Shown here: piece after piece, positions 24,603 to 39,122 of the stretch
How the letters are laid out: every line of letters starts with the position of its first letter
Numbering within the stretch: the first letter of the stretch is position 1
Assembly: GCA_951406725.2 (NCBI GenBank)
Contig: OX597814.1
Span: 8,370,001 to 8,434,000, forward strand
Direction: 5' to 3'
Length of the DNA: 64,000 nt
Source of the DNA: Octopus vulgaris
Taxonomy: Eukaryota
Notes under the pieces: model-generated
Seen by the model: the letters and a program-made list of their open reading frames with translations, nothing else
Told to the model about the DNA's origin: nothing
The model's database searches: none
Made by a program: the position numbers and the translations under genes

Positions 24603-24654
24603 AACCACTACGATCGTTTCGTGTCAGCACATTTTAGACATTCTTCAGGTGGTT
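24603..24654 (-). ncRNA. Minimal type I hammerhead ribozyme, PLE type
   Basis: aaccac-CUGAAGA-a-uguc...gaca-c-GAA-ACGAUCGU-A^-gugguu. 6-bp stem I, palindromic stem III, GUA cleavage site. Confidence 0.8.
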
Positions 24655-27600
24655 TCAAAGCCTAAAATATAAAATATAATCAATATTTTACGATATAAAT
24701 ATCTATATAATCTAAATAAAATTTACTTATAATAAACTCTATTATTAAGTATGATTATATCAAATCGACTATAATGTTAAATATTAACTTTAATTTATAA
24801 GGTAGAAAATCCATATGCTAATATCCATTTTAGTCTATATCTACTTATATAGATATTAGAAATAACTAATATATATAAATTATCAATGAAAATATATATA
24901 AATATTATAATCAAGATCTAAATAAACTCTATAAACGATTGTATATAATGAAACCTAATATATTTAATTTCTCATATTAAAGATGAAATAGCTAATTTCA
25001 AAAAACAAAATATACATACACACATGCTCATGCACATATATACATGTATGTATATAAACACATCCAAATACGCACACAAACTCACACACACACATATACA
25101 TCTACACACACACATAAACATATAGACACAGATATATCCATAATGCAGCCCTACACCTCCACACAACACCTATGCATACTCACACACACACACATACAAT
25201 CAATCATTCATAAACATATACTCTCAACAGGACACTAACACAGGGGAGAAATAACATCCAGTGGCCGCAGATACTCAACCACATACTTAAAGAAATATTT
25301 CATTCTTAGTAAAATAGTATTAAATACTATATACTATATATATGTAATAAACATATATAAACACGTAAACAAATACACACACACATATATATCTATACAT
25401 ACACAAATTTAGTAAAATAGTATTAAATACTATATACTATATGTATGTAATAAACATATATAAACACGTAAACAAACATACACACACACACATATCTATA
25501 CATACAGAAACACATACAGACACGGATATATTCTAAATGCAACCCTACACCTCTACACATCAATTATGCACACCCGCACACACACACATACCAATCACTC
25601 ATACATAAACGTATAACACTGCAATACACTAACACATAGAAGAAATAACATAAATAGCCACATATACACAACCACAAACTTATAAGAATATTCCTTACTC
25701 CGTAATATAGTATTAAAAAATACTATAAGTACTAATCAAATTATGAATAGGAAAAAAGTATCTAATATAAATTATGCTATAATATAAGACATGGCCTAAA
25801 CCATCTAAGTCGAAACCTATCTATTTATCAAAAATTATCTAAATTATTTAATAACTAATAACATAGAAAATTACGATAAATAGATCATTACATAAACAGC
25901 AAGATTAACATAAGGAGAATATTATTACACATAAGGCTAATACAATATTAACATTTGGAGATCAAAGAAACTTACCTTCTTAGCGAGTTTTAAATTATGA
26001 ACTAAATTTGAATTACAATACAACTTAAACAGCGTTTAAGAAATAACGTTATAATCAGAAAAAAAGAATAAAATTTTGATAAATTCTTTGCGCGTGATGA
26101 ACCAACGTTATTTAAAGATTATGAATGGAATATTATAAGTATATCATTGTAAAAGAAATGAATTTACAAAAGAATAAAATCTCTCTATATACTATAGTAT
26201 TCATTAATAAATAAAACAACCTTAATAAACGAAACCCAACAAAACGAATCTAAAGATCAAAAACCACACATTACCAAATACACAAAAACAAACCTCATAG
26301 CAATCCCCCCACATATCATAAATCACCTCCCCCCCATCACATACAAACTAGTACTCATAACAAATACAACCATACCATCAAAAATTCACAGTACAACCAC
26401 ACACACGTACACTCAATTATACAAGAAAACATCCAAACATATACATGCACATACACACATACACACACACACACACACATACACGCACAAACACGCATAT
26501 ACACACATACACAACCCCATACATACACATACACACACAGACACTCACATACATTCACACACACATACACACACATATGCACACACACCCCACACCCATA
26601 CACATATACACACTCATACAAACATATACGTTTATGAATGAGTGATTACACTCACTCGCGTGCGAGCATGCACAATCAATGTGCAGAAGCACAGGACGCA
26701 CCATAAACACATCCGCGTCTACATGCACCCATGCATGTACAGATACAATAAGTGTGTGTGGATCCGTGTACGCACTTAGATATGTTTATATACAATCATG
26801 TAAATTATACTATAGTATTTATTATTGGCTATAATAGGTGAAAATTGATACAGGGTGAATTGGATGAATAAGAGCCACTTATTGTTGAATGTATAGGGTG
26901 GATTAATGTAGTTAACCCCCTACATATTGTGAATGTTACCAATACCTTAGTATCATAGTTTGGGATTGGTGTTCATGGCAGATCTATCTATACTGGTTGG
27001 GGATTGTGGTGTAGCCATGCATACATATATATATATATATATATAGATGTGTGAGAGGGTGCTCGTGCACATTCATGTGCATGTGCGTGTGTGCACGTGT
27101 ACTGATATACATATGCATGTGCAAGTGGGTGTATACATAAGTGCACGTGCACATACGTGTGCTAATAAATGCACATGTACTCGTGCATGCTCGCACGCAT
27201 GCACGCTTGCACCCATACTCCTGTACATACTCAAACATACATATAATATTATATTTATGAATTACTATAAAATTCATTAATAAAATAACCATGATAAATT
27301 ACCCAAATTAAATGATTAAAAACCACCTATTATTAAATACCTATGAACACCAGAATTATATAGATTATATAGGGGGGAGTTGATTTATGATATGTGGGGG
27401 GATTGCTATGAGGTTTGTTTTTGTGTATTTGGTAATGTGTGGTTTTTGATCTTTAGATTCGTTTTGTTGGGTTTCGTTTATTAAGGTTGTTTTATTTATT
27501 AATGAATACTATAGTATATAGAGAGATTTTATTCTTTTGTAAATTCATTTCTTTTACAATGATATACTTATAATATTCCATTCATAATCTTTAAATAACG

Positions 27601-29053
27601 TTGGTTCATCACGCGCAAAGAATTTATCAAAATTTTATTCTTTTTTTCTGATTATAACGTTATTTCTTAAACGCTGTTTAAGTTGTATTGTAATTCAAAT
27701 TTAGTTCATAATTTAAAACTCGCTAAGAAGGTAAGTTTCTTTGATCTCCAAATGTTAATATTGTATTAGCCTTATGTGTAATAATATTCTCCTTATGTTA
27801 ATCTTGCTGTTTATGTAATGATCTATTTATCGTAATTTTCTATGTTATTAGTTATTAAATAATTTAGATAATTTTTGATAAATAGATAGGTTTCGACTTA
27901 GATGGTTTAGGCCATGTCTTATATTATAGCATAATTTATATTAGATACTTTTTTCCTATTCATAATTTGATTAGTACTTATAGTATTTTTTAATACTATA
28001 TTACGGAGTAAGGAATATTCTTATAAGTTTGTGGTTGTGTATATGTGGCTATTTATGTTATTTCTTCTATGTGTTAGTGTATTGCAGTGTTATACGTTTA
28101 TGTATGAGTGATTGGTATGTGTGTGTGTGCGGGTGTGCATAATTGATGTGTAGAGGTGTAGGGTTGCATTTAGAATATATCCGTGTCTGTATGTGTTTCT
28201 GTATGTATAGATATGTGTGTGTGTGTATGTTTGTTTACGTGTTTATATATGTTTATTACATACATATAGTATATAGTATTTAATACTATTTTACTAAATT
28301 TGTGTATGTATAGATATATATGTGTGTGTGTATTTGTTTACGTATTTATATATGTTTATTACATATATATAGTATATAGTATTTAATACTATTTTACTAA
28401 GAATGAAATATTTCTTTAAGTATGTGGTTGAGTATCTGCGGCCACTGGATGTTATTTCTCCCCTGTGTTAATGTCCTGTTGAGAGTATATGTTTATGAAT
28501 GATTGATTGTATGTGTGTGTGTGTGTGAGTATGCATAGGTCTTGTGTGGAGGTGTAGGGCTGCATTATGGATATATCTGTGTCTATATGTTTATGTGTGT
28601 GTGTAGATGTATATGTGTGTGTGTGAGTTTGTGTGCGTATTTGGATGTGTTTATATACATACATGTATATATGTGCATGAGCATGTGTGTATGTATATTT
28701 TGTTTTTTGAAATTAGCTATTTCATCTTTAATATGAGAAATTAAATATATTAGGTTTCATTATATACAATCGTTTATAGAGTTTATTTAGATCTTGATTA
28801 TAATATTTATATATATTTTCATTGATAATTTATATATATTAGTTATTTCTAATATCTATATAAGTAGATATAGACTAAAATGGATATTAGCATATGGATT
28901 TTCTACCTTATAAATTAAAGTTAATATTTAACATTATAGTCGATTTGATATAATCATACTTAATAATAGAGTTTATTATAAGTAAATTTTATTTAGATTA
29001 TATAGATATTTATATTGTAAAATATTGATTATATTTTATATTTTAGGTTTTGA

Positions 29054-29105
29054 AACCACCTGAAGAATGTCTAAAATGTGCTGACACGAAACGATTGTAG
29101 TGGTT
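29054..29105 (+). ncRNA. Minimal type I hammerhead ribozyme, mirror copy
   Basis: aaccac-CTGAAGA-atgtc...gacac-GAAAcgattGTA-gtggtt. One C>T change in the stem III palindrome. Confidence 0.75.
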
Positions 29106-29679
29106 GTTCATATGTTAAATTTTAATTTATATAAATTATTTTATGTATTGGCTTAAGTCTTTCTTTGTTTGATTTGCATAATAGTGGTTTTGTCTCCAAT
29201 TTGATATAATATATAATATTTTACTATAAAATTGGATTCAATCTTAAATCTGATTTTTCCTTGTAAATTTGGATTTATTCCCTAATATTTATTATTATAT
29301 ATGTATATATATATATATATCTATATATAAAACTGAAATGTATTTTTACTGCTTGGATCTCTTTCAATGCTACTACATCCCGTCCGATTCGCTCCAAATT
29401 TACAGGGACATGTAGAATGAGGTGACGATGCCCGTGGGCTACCTTAGAAATCCCTATCTTAAAAGATGTGGTTGCTAGGGACCATCTTCCTCACTCACGC
29501 TATTTCCTCCATTCCCCTCTCACTCCCCTCCATTTATAACTTTGGCAATTCCACTCCCATTATTTAATGTATCTGTCTGTCACCAACAACACACGAGCAT
29601 GAGAACAAATATTATGAATCAGATATTCTTGCGTTCATTTATGTGTGTGTGTGTTCTATATATAAATATGTATATATAA

Positions 29680-29710
<31 letters not shown>

Positions 29711-30065
29711 TCTATATATAAATATGTATATATAATGTATATATACAAAGTGTATATATCTGTATTTATGTATATTAAACTTTTTCATACTTTTTCATAG
29801 TTATATATATTTTTAAACAAATTATAAATATAATTTAATAATTTTTAGTTTCAATTTAAATAATTTAAATTTTTCAATTTTATATTTTATATATTTTCTA
29901 TATTATATTTTTTTTTAATGTTTTTGTTTTTGGTTTTTCACTGTTTGATTTGCCTATTAGTGGTTTTATCTCTAATTTGATTTATACAGATATATATCTC
30001 ATTTGTATACATTTGTATATATAATGTGCGCGCACACACACACACACTCACACACACACACACAC

Positions 30066-30098
<33 letters not shown>

Positions 30099-31500
30099 AT
30101 GTGAGCATTACGTAGTCGGTCAATTCAGCTGGAAATATGCACACCTATGTTAAAAGTGCTGGCAAGTTTGCATGACAACTATTTTTTTCCTCAAATGAAA
30201 GGTGTCACCTCTAGGACAAAATTCCTCATCTTATAAAATGTGGCCCCAGTAGACCCGAATGAAATCGGGTTATATTAACCAAAATGTGAAAAGGGGTCTA
30301 AATGGGGCTGGAAGGGGATTAAAATTTCAAGGAGTGGGTGTTTAGGAATTCTCTGTTACATCAAGCTAAAAAATTTGCGCCAGCCTTTTAATCGTCAATG
30401 TGTTGCCGTCCATGATGAAGAAGTTTTGAATGCTTGCCATGGTGAGTCTACTGTCGTGAGAAAGAATCACTTCAAAACTTGGTGTTTACGAATTTTCTTT
30501 TACATCAAGTTCAAAATTTTACTCCAGCCGTTAAACTGTCAATACGTTGCTGTCCGTCGTTAAGAAATGCCAGCCATGGTGACTCTACTATCCTCAGATT
30601 CTATCCCTTCAAACTTTGGTTTCCAATATTTTATTTTTATTCAGCTCGCAAGTTCGTCTGTCCCTTTTAAATGTTAGCGTTTCGCTGTCTGCCTTGAAGC
30701 AGACCTTTCCGTTGCCACTGCCTGATATTTATGATTGATCTTTCTAAATATTTTATTTCTCAACTTACTCAAGACCTTTTGTTGTTTATAAATGGGAGAG
30801 AGATAGATAAAGATAGAGAGTAAGAGAAAGCGAGGGAGAGTCCAAGAGAAAAGAAAAGTAAGAGAGTGGGAAAGTGAGAGAGAAAGGAGAGAGAAACAAA
30901 GACGGAGAATCATCATCATCATCATCGTTTAACGTCCGTTTTCCGTGCTAGCACGGGTTGGACAGTGTGACCGGGGTCTGGGAAGCCAGGAGGCTGCACC
31001 AGGCTCCAGTCTGATCTGGCAGTGTTTCTACAGGTGGATGACCTTCCTAACGCCAACCACTCTGTGAGTGTAGTGGGTGTTCTTTTCGTGCCGCCGGCAC
31101 AGGTGCCAGGGGGCTGGCAGCGGCCACGATCGGTTGGTGCTTCTTACGTGCCACCGGCACAGAAGCAAGTCAAGGCGGTGCTGCAATCGGCCACGTTCAG
31201 ATGGTGCTTTTTACGTGCTGAAAGGAAGCAACAGAAAGTAACAACCACACTCTTACCTGCGCGTAGAGTGGGTCACCTTCAGCTAGTATATGTATATATA
31301 CATATATATGTATGTATATATATGTGTGTATATATATATATACACATATATATACATACATATATATATGTATATCTATGTATATATATACATATATATG
31401 TATATATATGTATATATATACATATATGTATATATATACATATATATGCATGTATATATATACATATATATGTATATATATGCATGTATATATATACATA

Positions 31501-31537
<37 letters not shown>

Positions 31538-31539
31538 CC

Positions 31540-32658
31540 TTAAGAATGTTTCAGCCTGAAGGCTGCGGCCATGCTGGGGCACCACCGCTGAATGAGCTAC
31601 ACTAATTTGTGAATTCACCTCTGATACGTGGCACTTGGTCAACAAGGGAGTTCGATGCTGCTGCCCTCATCTGTGTCTCCTGCCATGAGGTAATTTGATC
31701 TGGGACCCCCGACAAGAAGAGATCCAGTTTAGTTTTAAAGAAACCCACATCCACACCATGTCTCTCGGGCATTTAGGGAGGATGTTAAAGAGCTGTGGTC
31801 CTCTGAAACCCAAAATGTTGCAATATCTGGACCTGTATTTTGATGGTGATGTTGGAATCTTAGGCACCATGCAGTGGCGCCCCATTCTGAAGTTGGGGTA
31901 ACTTTGAATGCCAAAGTTTGAGACAAGACCCTCCAGGATTTTCCAGATGTATATCATCTCTCCCGCCTTCGCTCTAGGGAGAAGAGTTTTAATACTTTCA
32001 GTCTTTCCCAGTAGCTGATATGTTGCATTGAGACGATCTTCTTAGTGTAGCTTCTTTGAATTGCTTCGAGTTCTGCTGTTAGCTTCATATTGTGTGGTGA
32101 CCATAGTTGAGAGCAGTAGTCCAAGCGGCCGAGGACGAAAGTTTTCCACAGGACCATCAGTGTCTTCTTCTCTCTTGTTCTGAAAGTTCGGAGAATCCAT
32201 CCAGCTAGCTGTCTGCATTTTATTACCAAATTAGTAATATGCACTTGGAAAGATGCATCATTGCTCATGTCAATGCCCAGGTCACACATTGATTTTTACT
32301 CAGGGATTACAATTCTTACTGGGCCAGTGTATCCAGTCTGCATATCGTTTACCTTTGTGTGCCGGTAGCACAGGGCCTGGAACTTACCTGCATTAAACTG
32401 CATGTTGTTGTCCTCAGCCCACCTGTATATTGTATCCAACTCCTGTTTCAGATGTGCAATATTTCCAGGGTTTTGTATTGTGTGGGAGACTTTTGTGTCA
32501 TCTGCATAGCTAGCAAGGGTGGCCACCTTAGCAACTGAGGGCATGTCTTGGGGCCACTATGAACAGCAGTGGCCCCAAGACAGTGCCCTGTGGAACACCA
32601 CTTGTTATTTGTGTTTCCTTGGAGGTGGCTCCATTGTCCACAACTGCCTGCCTTCTAT
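31540..32658 (-). mobile_element. CR1/Jockey-group LINE, 5'-truncated 3' fragment
   Basis: TSGVPQGTVLGPLLF, SYADDTK, CDLGI, LDYCSQLWSPH and SLERRRER. 3' end cagcggtggtgccccagcatggccgcagcc. Confidence 0.85.
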
Positions 32659-33900
32659 CATTAGCAGATAATCTAGAAACTCTTAGGGAAATATTCCCAA
32701 CTAAATTCTTTGTAATAGCCTTAGAGTGATTACTGAAAGAGCTAACATATTTTAAATTAGTTGAGGGTTTATGGTGTGGGAAATATGAATCATTATGTAA
32801 GTTGAGGGAAATATCCAAAAAGTTGGCTTTAGTTATAACATCGTCAAAAACAATGCTTAAGCCCATGTTTTGGAAAGATTTAACAAAGCTATTTGTAACC
32901 CTTTGTAATTTTTGGTTAGAAGCATTTTGAAGGTAGAGTAGACAATTATCATGATATAGACCTCCACTGATGTTTGGGAATTGGTCAGCCATCTCATAAA
33001 GGAATCTCATAAAGGATATATATACAAACCAAATCAACCAGTTGTGCTGAATCAGAACTGACCATCGTGACATCAAAACTGTCTGGTGTATCTTTATGGA
33101 CCCACCCACAGCATGTTATGAAATTTAATAATAGATTTTCTGGCAGCCAACATGACATTAATTTCATCTCTGGTGAGACGTGCTTTGTTGCGAGCTAGCC
33201 AGAGGGCCTTGTTAATTACAATTAGGTTGATAGAGGAATAGAAACTAGAAATGTCAAACCGGATAAACTTAGTGCACTTCTTGTTAGAATTAAAGCAGTC
33301 GACCATTTGGAACGAATTTGACCATAAATTAAGCTTAAATTTTTTTAACTAAGATAGGAATATGTTTGTCTAGAGTATTTTTACTTATTACACCAATGTC
33401 AGAGCTAGAAGGACAAATAGGTCATAAAAGAATGGGTTATTAAAAATAATTTGTTTGTGATCTTTTAAAATAAAATGAGGTTGTTAAGGACCAAGGGTTT
33501 CAGTCTTCATCTGCAAGTCATATTTCTCCATAATTGTTTTAGCCTCAAAGTTGGCTTTCCTGATTGTACTTTTACCCATAATCCTATAATTCTTTTGTAT
33601 TTCTTTTCTAAGCAATTCCAAGTAATACTCTTTGGTACACCTGTACAGGTTTCCTGTTTTATCCAATTGAACCAGTATCCCAACAATGCTATGAATTTCG
33701 TTGGTGATATTGTGAAGATACGTCAGATGTTTATTCCTTAAGGGTGAACGGTGGAGTTTCACATTCCTCACGATAGACCAGAAATCGTCTTCAAACTGTT
33801 TCAATCTTGGGTTAGGTGGAGGATAGTTTCTAGCTTTAAACAATTTTTTGAATTCAGAAGCTAGATCGTTAGAATAATACCAATGCTTTCTTTGAAACAC
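32659..33900 (-). mobile_element. Penelope-like (Naiad-like) RT fragment
   Basis: LKQFEDDFWSIVRNVK, DKTGNLY, FIRFDISSFYSSI, GGLYHDNCL, ANFLDISLNL and YVSSFSNH. Similar family to 9600-11830. Confidence 0.72.
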
Positions 33901-33947
33901 ATATGTCAGAAGTAAAAATATTTTGCGTTTAACTCCATTAATTATCC

Positions 33948-33979
<32 letters not shown>

Positions 33980-34640
33980 CTGTGTGTGTGTGCATGGAGG
34001 CCCATAGCTTAGTTGTTACAGACGAGGCTGGCAAATGGCCACGACTGGATGGTGCTTTTTACGTGCCACCGGCATGGAGGCCAGGCGAGGCTGGCAACAG
34101 CCACGATTGGATGGTGCTTTTTACATGCCACTGGCACGGAGGCCAGTTGGGGTGGCGCTGGCAACGGCCACGTTTGGATGGTTCTCTTATGTTCCACTGG
34201 CACTGGTATCACAGCTACAATTTCCATTGATGTTGATCGATTTTGATTTTGATTTTGATTTTCACTTGCCTCAACAGGTCTTCACAAGTAGTGTTTTGTG
34301 TCCCAAGAAGGAAAGGTATGCATAAGTGGGCTGGTTACATCCCAGGTAGAGGCCACGGGTTATGGTCTCACTTGTCCTGCCAGATCTTCTCATGCACAGC
34401 ATACTTTCAAAGGTCTCGGTCTCTTGTCATTTCCTCAGTGTGACCTAAAGTTCGAAGGTCGTGCTTCATCACTTCATCCCAGGTTTTCCTGGGTCTACTT
34501 TTTCCACAGGTTCCCCCAACCGCTAGGATGTGGCACTTTTTTCACACAACTATCTTCATCCATTCTCGCCACATGACCATACCAGCGCAATTTACATTCC
34601 CAACATTTAACAGAAATAAATCCACATTGTGAATTATTAT

Positions 34641-34675
<35 letters not shown>

Positions 34676-34679
34676 CATC

Positions 34680-35762
34680 ATCATCGTCATTGTCGTGGTT
34701 TAATGTCTGCTTTCCATACTGGCATGGGTTGGACGATTTCACTGAGGACTGGCAAACCAGATGACTGCACCAGGCTCCAATCTGATCTGGCAGAGTTTCT
34801 ACAGCTGGATGTCCTACCTAATGCAAACCACTCCGAGAGTGTAGTGGATGCATTTACGTGCCACCAGCATGAGGGTCAGTCAGGCGGTACTGGCAACGGC
34901 CACACTCAAATGGTGTTTTTTCGTGCCACCTGCACAGGAACAAGTCCAGCGGCACTGGCAATGATCTTGCTTGAATGTTTTTTCACGTGCCAATGGCACA
35001 AGTGCCTGTAAGGCGATGCTGGTAATGATCACGCTCAAATGGTGTCTTTTACGTGTCACTGGCATGGATTCCAGTTAGCCGCTCTGTCAACAATCATGCT
35101 TGGTTGGTGCTCTTAGCAGTCCACTAGCACAAGATGCCAGTCATCAAATTTGATTTCGATTTCACTTATCTCAACAGGTCTTCGCTAGCAGAGTTTAGTG
35201 TCCAAAGAAGGAAAGGTATGCATAAGTAGGCTGGTTACACCCCTGGCATAGGACGCAAAGTTATGGTCTCATTTGGCTTGCTTGCCGGGTTTTCCCAAGC
35301 ACAGCATATTTCCAAAAGTCTCGGTCACTAGTCATTGCCTCGGTGAGGCCTAATGTTTGAATGTCAGGCTTCACCACTTCACCCTAGGTCTTCCTGGGTC
35401 TACCTCTTCCACAGGTTCCTTCAACTGCTTGGGTTTGGCACTTTTTCACACAGCTATACTCATCCGTTCTTGCCACATGACCATACCAGCGCAGTCATCT
35501 CTCTTGCACACCACATCTGATGCTTCTTAGATCCAACTTATCTCTCAAGGTACTTACAATCTGTCGAGTATGCACACTGACATTACACATCCATTGGATC
35601 ATACTGGCTTCATTCCTTGAGAGCTTACTCATGTCCTCAGCAGTCATGGCCCATGTTTCACTGCCATGTAGCATAGCTGTTTGTACACATCCGTCAAAAA
35701 GTCTACTTTTTACTCTGAGCGAGAGGCCCTTTGTCACCAGCAGGGGTGAGAGCTCTCTGAAC
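34680..35762 (-). mobile_element. RTE LINE 3' fragment with 3' UTR and tail
   Basis: TKGLSLRVKSRLFDGCVQTAMLHGSETW and LRWYGHV, followed by the (GAT)-tailed 3' UTR. Related pieces at 34015-34590 and 36650-36945. Confidence 0.8.
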
Positions 35763-37692
35763 TTTGTCTAGCCTATTCTTTTCATATATATATAGATGTA
35801 TATATATACATATATATATGTGTATGTATGTATTGTAGAGAATGTGACATATTGTGTATATATATTATCATCATCGTTTAACGTCCGTTTTCCATGCTAG
35901 CATGGGTTGGACAGTTTGATTGGGGACTGGCAAGCCAGGAGGATGCACCAGGCCTCAATCTGATCTGGCAGTGTTTCTACAGCTCTATGCCCTTCCTAAT
36001 GCCAACCACTCCGTGAGTGTAGTGGGTGCTTTTTACGTGCCACCAGCACAGATGCCAGGGGAAGCTGGCAACGGCCACAATCGGTTAGTGCTTTTTACAT
36101 GCCCCTGGCAAGGAAGCCAGTCAAGGCAGCACTGGCATCGGCCACGATGGACGGTGCTTTTTATGTGCCACCGGCACATGTATCACAACTACAATTTCCA
36201 TTTGATTTTTTGATGTTGATCTACTTGACTCAATAGGTTTCCTCAAGCACAGCAGGTTACCCTATGTTCCAAAGTAAGCCCAGCAGGTTGTCCTGTGATC
36301 CAAGGTACTTTGGATGGGCTGGGGCTTCTATGTGAAGCTGGTGCAGGAAATAGCCATGAACTCACATTATTTATCAAGTCTTCGCAGTCATAGAATATGG
36401 GGTGATACCTGCTGTACTCTTTCACCACAACTCTCTCTCTCTCTTACTTCCTGTTTCTGTTGTACCTGTATTTCAAAGGGCCAGCCTTGTCACTCTCTGT
36501 GTCACGCTGAATATCCCCGAGAACTACGTTAAGAGTGCACGTGTCTGTGGAGTGCTCAGCCACTTACACGTTAATTTCACGAGCAGGCTGTTTCATTGAC
36601 TTGGATCAACCGGAACCCTCGTCGTCGGAACCGACGGAGTGCTTCCCAGGATATCTCCAGATGTCTCGGTCTTTCGTCATTGCCTCTGTGAGGCCCAACG
36701 TCTGAAGGTCATGCTTGACCACCTCATCCCATGTCTTCCTGGGTCTACCTCTCACCTGGATTCCTTCAACTGTTTGGGAGTGGCACTTCTTCACACATCT
36801 CTCCTCATCCATCCATAGTACATGACCATACCAGTGCAAACGTCTCCTTTGCATGCCACATCCAATGCTTCTTATGTCCAGCATTTCTCTCAGGGTGCTT
36901 ACACGCTTACACTCTGCCAAGTCTGTACACTGACATTACATATCCAAGCGTGCAAACCTTTGATGCAACCTTCTCCAATGCAGATCTTCGATGCAGATCT
37001 CCAAAGCAACCTTTTCCAATGCATATCTTCGATGCAGCCTTGATCGATAGTACCCCTAGGAGGGGGTTAGGTCTAGATCGGGGTTAGTCGCTGCCTTTCA
37101 GGTTAACTTAGACTTAGGTTAAGGTTTAGTTGTGATCCGAACATAACCTCTTCGGACACAGAGGATCGGGAGTCCTTTTGGGCATTCTATTTTCCTTGCT
37201 GGAAGCGTTCCCAACCCATGGGCCAAGTTGGGTCAGATGGTAGGTGTGGTAGTTTCGAAAGGGACAGCATTTGTAACCTTATCACATCTACCGGTCAAAC
37301 TCCCAGCATATGCGTTCCTGTCATGATAGTGATTCTGCAGAACTGGGTTGAGTGTGAAAACCAACTTTAAAGAATAAATATAGATTTTTTGAATCAGCAA
37401 TGCTGTGTTCAGTTAAGTCCTATTTGGAGTGAAAAATCAATAAATTGATTCCTTATAGGGTTTTCCATTCAATCAGGATGAAAAATCGATAAACCGATTC
37501 CTTATGGGATTTCCCAATCAAATTGTCTGTAACCCATTTTCAACCAAACGTTTACCAATTTCAATGGATTTCACTCAAATTTGACATCAGTGTTACTTAG
37601 TTTGGTTTGAAACAAAGCACTTGATTAGCTTAATAATCCAAACTTAATCCCGGGCAACGCCGGGCTATACTGCTAGTATATATATACTGCTA

Positions 37693-37846
<154 letters not shown>

Positions 37847-37912
37847 AACAGTGGTGCATCGGCATGGCTGCAGCTTTGAGTTGATACTAAAAGATATATA
37901 TATATATATTAT

Positions 37913-38140
37913 TTCTTTACTACCCACAAGGGGCTAAACACAGAGGGGACAAACAAGACAGACAAACGGATTAAGTCGATTACATCGACCCCAGTGGGTA
38001 ACTGGTACTTATTTAATCGACCCTGAAAAGATGAAAGGCAAAGTCGACCTCGGTGGAATTTGAACTCAGGACGTAACGGCAGACGAAATACGGCTACACA
38101 TTTCGCCCGGCGTGCTAACGTTTCTGCCAGCTCGCCGCCT
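37913..38140 (-). mobile_element. tRNA-derived SINE with Meta-domain-like core, near intact
   Basis: Minus strand aggcggcgagctggcagaaacgttagc (A-box-like), gagttcaaattcc (B-box-like), then ccgaggtcgactttgcctttcatc...gtcgattaaataagtaccag. Confidence 0.8.
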
Positions 38141-38153
38141 TAAATACTTATAT

Positions 38154-38211
<58 letters not shown>

Positions 38212-38349
38212 ATACAGCTATATATATCTAGATATATATCCATTCAGATATATACACCATCATATCAACACAAAGACTTTCACACACACATGTATGTATG
38301 TGTGTATGTGTGTGTGTGTATGTATGATATATGTGTGTGTGTGTATGTA

Positions 38350-38380
<31 letters not shown>

Positions 38381-38407
38381 CTGATGTATGATGTATGTAC
38401 GTGTGTA

Positions 38408-38438
<31 letters not shown>

Positions 38439-38672
38439 ATGTGTATGTGTGTATGTGTGTGTGCATGTATGTTTGTATGATGTATGTATGTATGTGTGTA
38501 TGTGTGTGTATGTATGTATGTGTGTATGCATGTGTATGTGTGTATGCATGTGTGTATGTGTGTATGTATGTATGTGTGTGTGTATGTATGTGTGTATGTA
38601 TGTATGTATGATGTATGTATGTGTGTATGTATGTATACCTCTTCCCATATATAAATAGGTAAATATCTATAG

Positions 38673-38721
<49 letters not shown>

Positions 38722-39075
38722 AAAGCTATATGTATAGGGATCCAGATGTATCATCATTACGTTCTTATTTGTATACTCACATCTTTAAAATGAAGAAATA
38801 TTAATTAAATTCTATGTATAATTTTAATTCTAATTATAAGTGTTGTTAATTTACTTTACAATAGTTAAGTATATCTATTATGAGGTATCAATAGGACAGT
38901 TTATTAATTATGATAAAAAAATTTATTTTGTTTTGTTTTTCTATTTCTGATTTCTGTATGTATATTTTTTATTATTTACCTATTGGAATAACATCGTTAT
39001 TGAAATAGGTAATATAAACCAGTGAAGTCTTTGGATATTTAATATCCCTTAGGTGTATATACACCTAGTTTAAAC

Positions 39076-39122
<47 letters not shown>

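Larger units (their letters stand above)
24493..29215. repeat. Long inverted repeat: arms 24493-26334 and 27372-29215 (~1.84 kb each), ~1-kb spacer; PLE-derived foldback
   Basis: The arms are reverse complements throughout, with only scattered substitutions seen. The ORF track shows mirror peptides (24972-25169 - versus 28542-28736 +). Confidence 0.93.
29320..37676 (+). mobile_element. Putative non-autonomous Helitron with nested LINE/PLE/SINE insertions
   Basis: 5' A|TCtatatataaaactgaaatgt at 29320. 3' hairpin cccgggcaacgccggg at 37649-37664, then CTAG|T ending at 37676. Pairing of the two ends into one element is inferred. Confidence 0.5.

Noticed and set aside
32528-33109. 193-aa ORF with two kinds of RT motif, suggesting a hybrid RT
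   Set aside because: Chance in-frame junction near 32659 between a decayed PLE fragment and a 5'-truncated CR1-like LINE; both are otherwise disrupted.
37913-38140. tRNA gene
   Set aside because: A/B-box-like motifs are present but there is no cloverleaf, and it is a multi-copy SINE with a conserved core.
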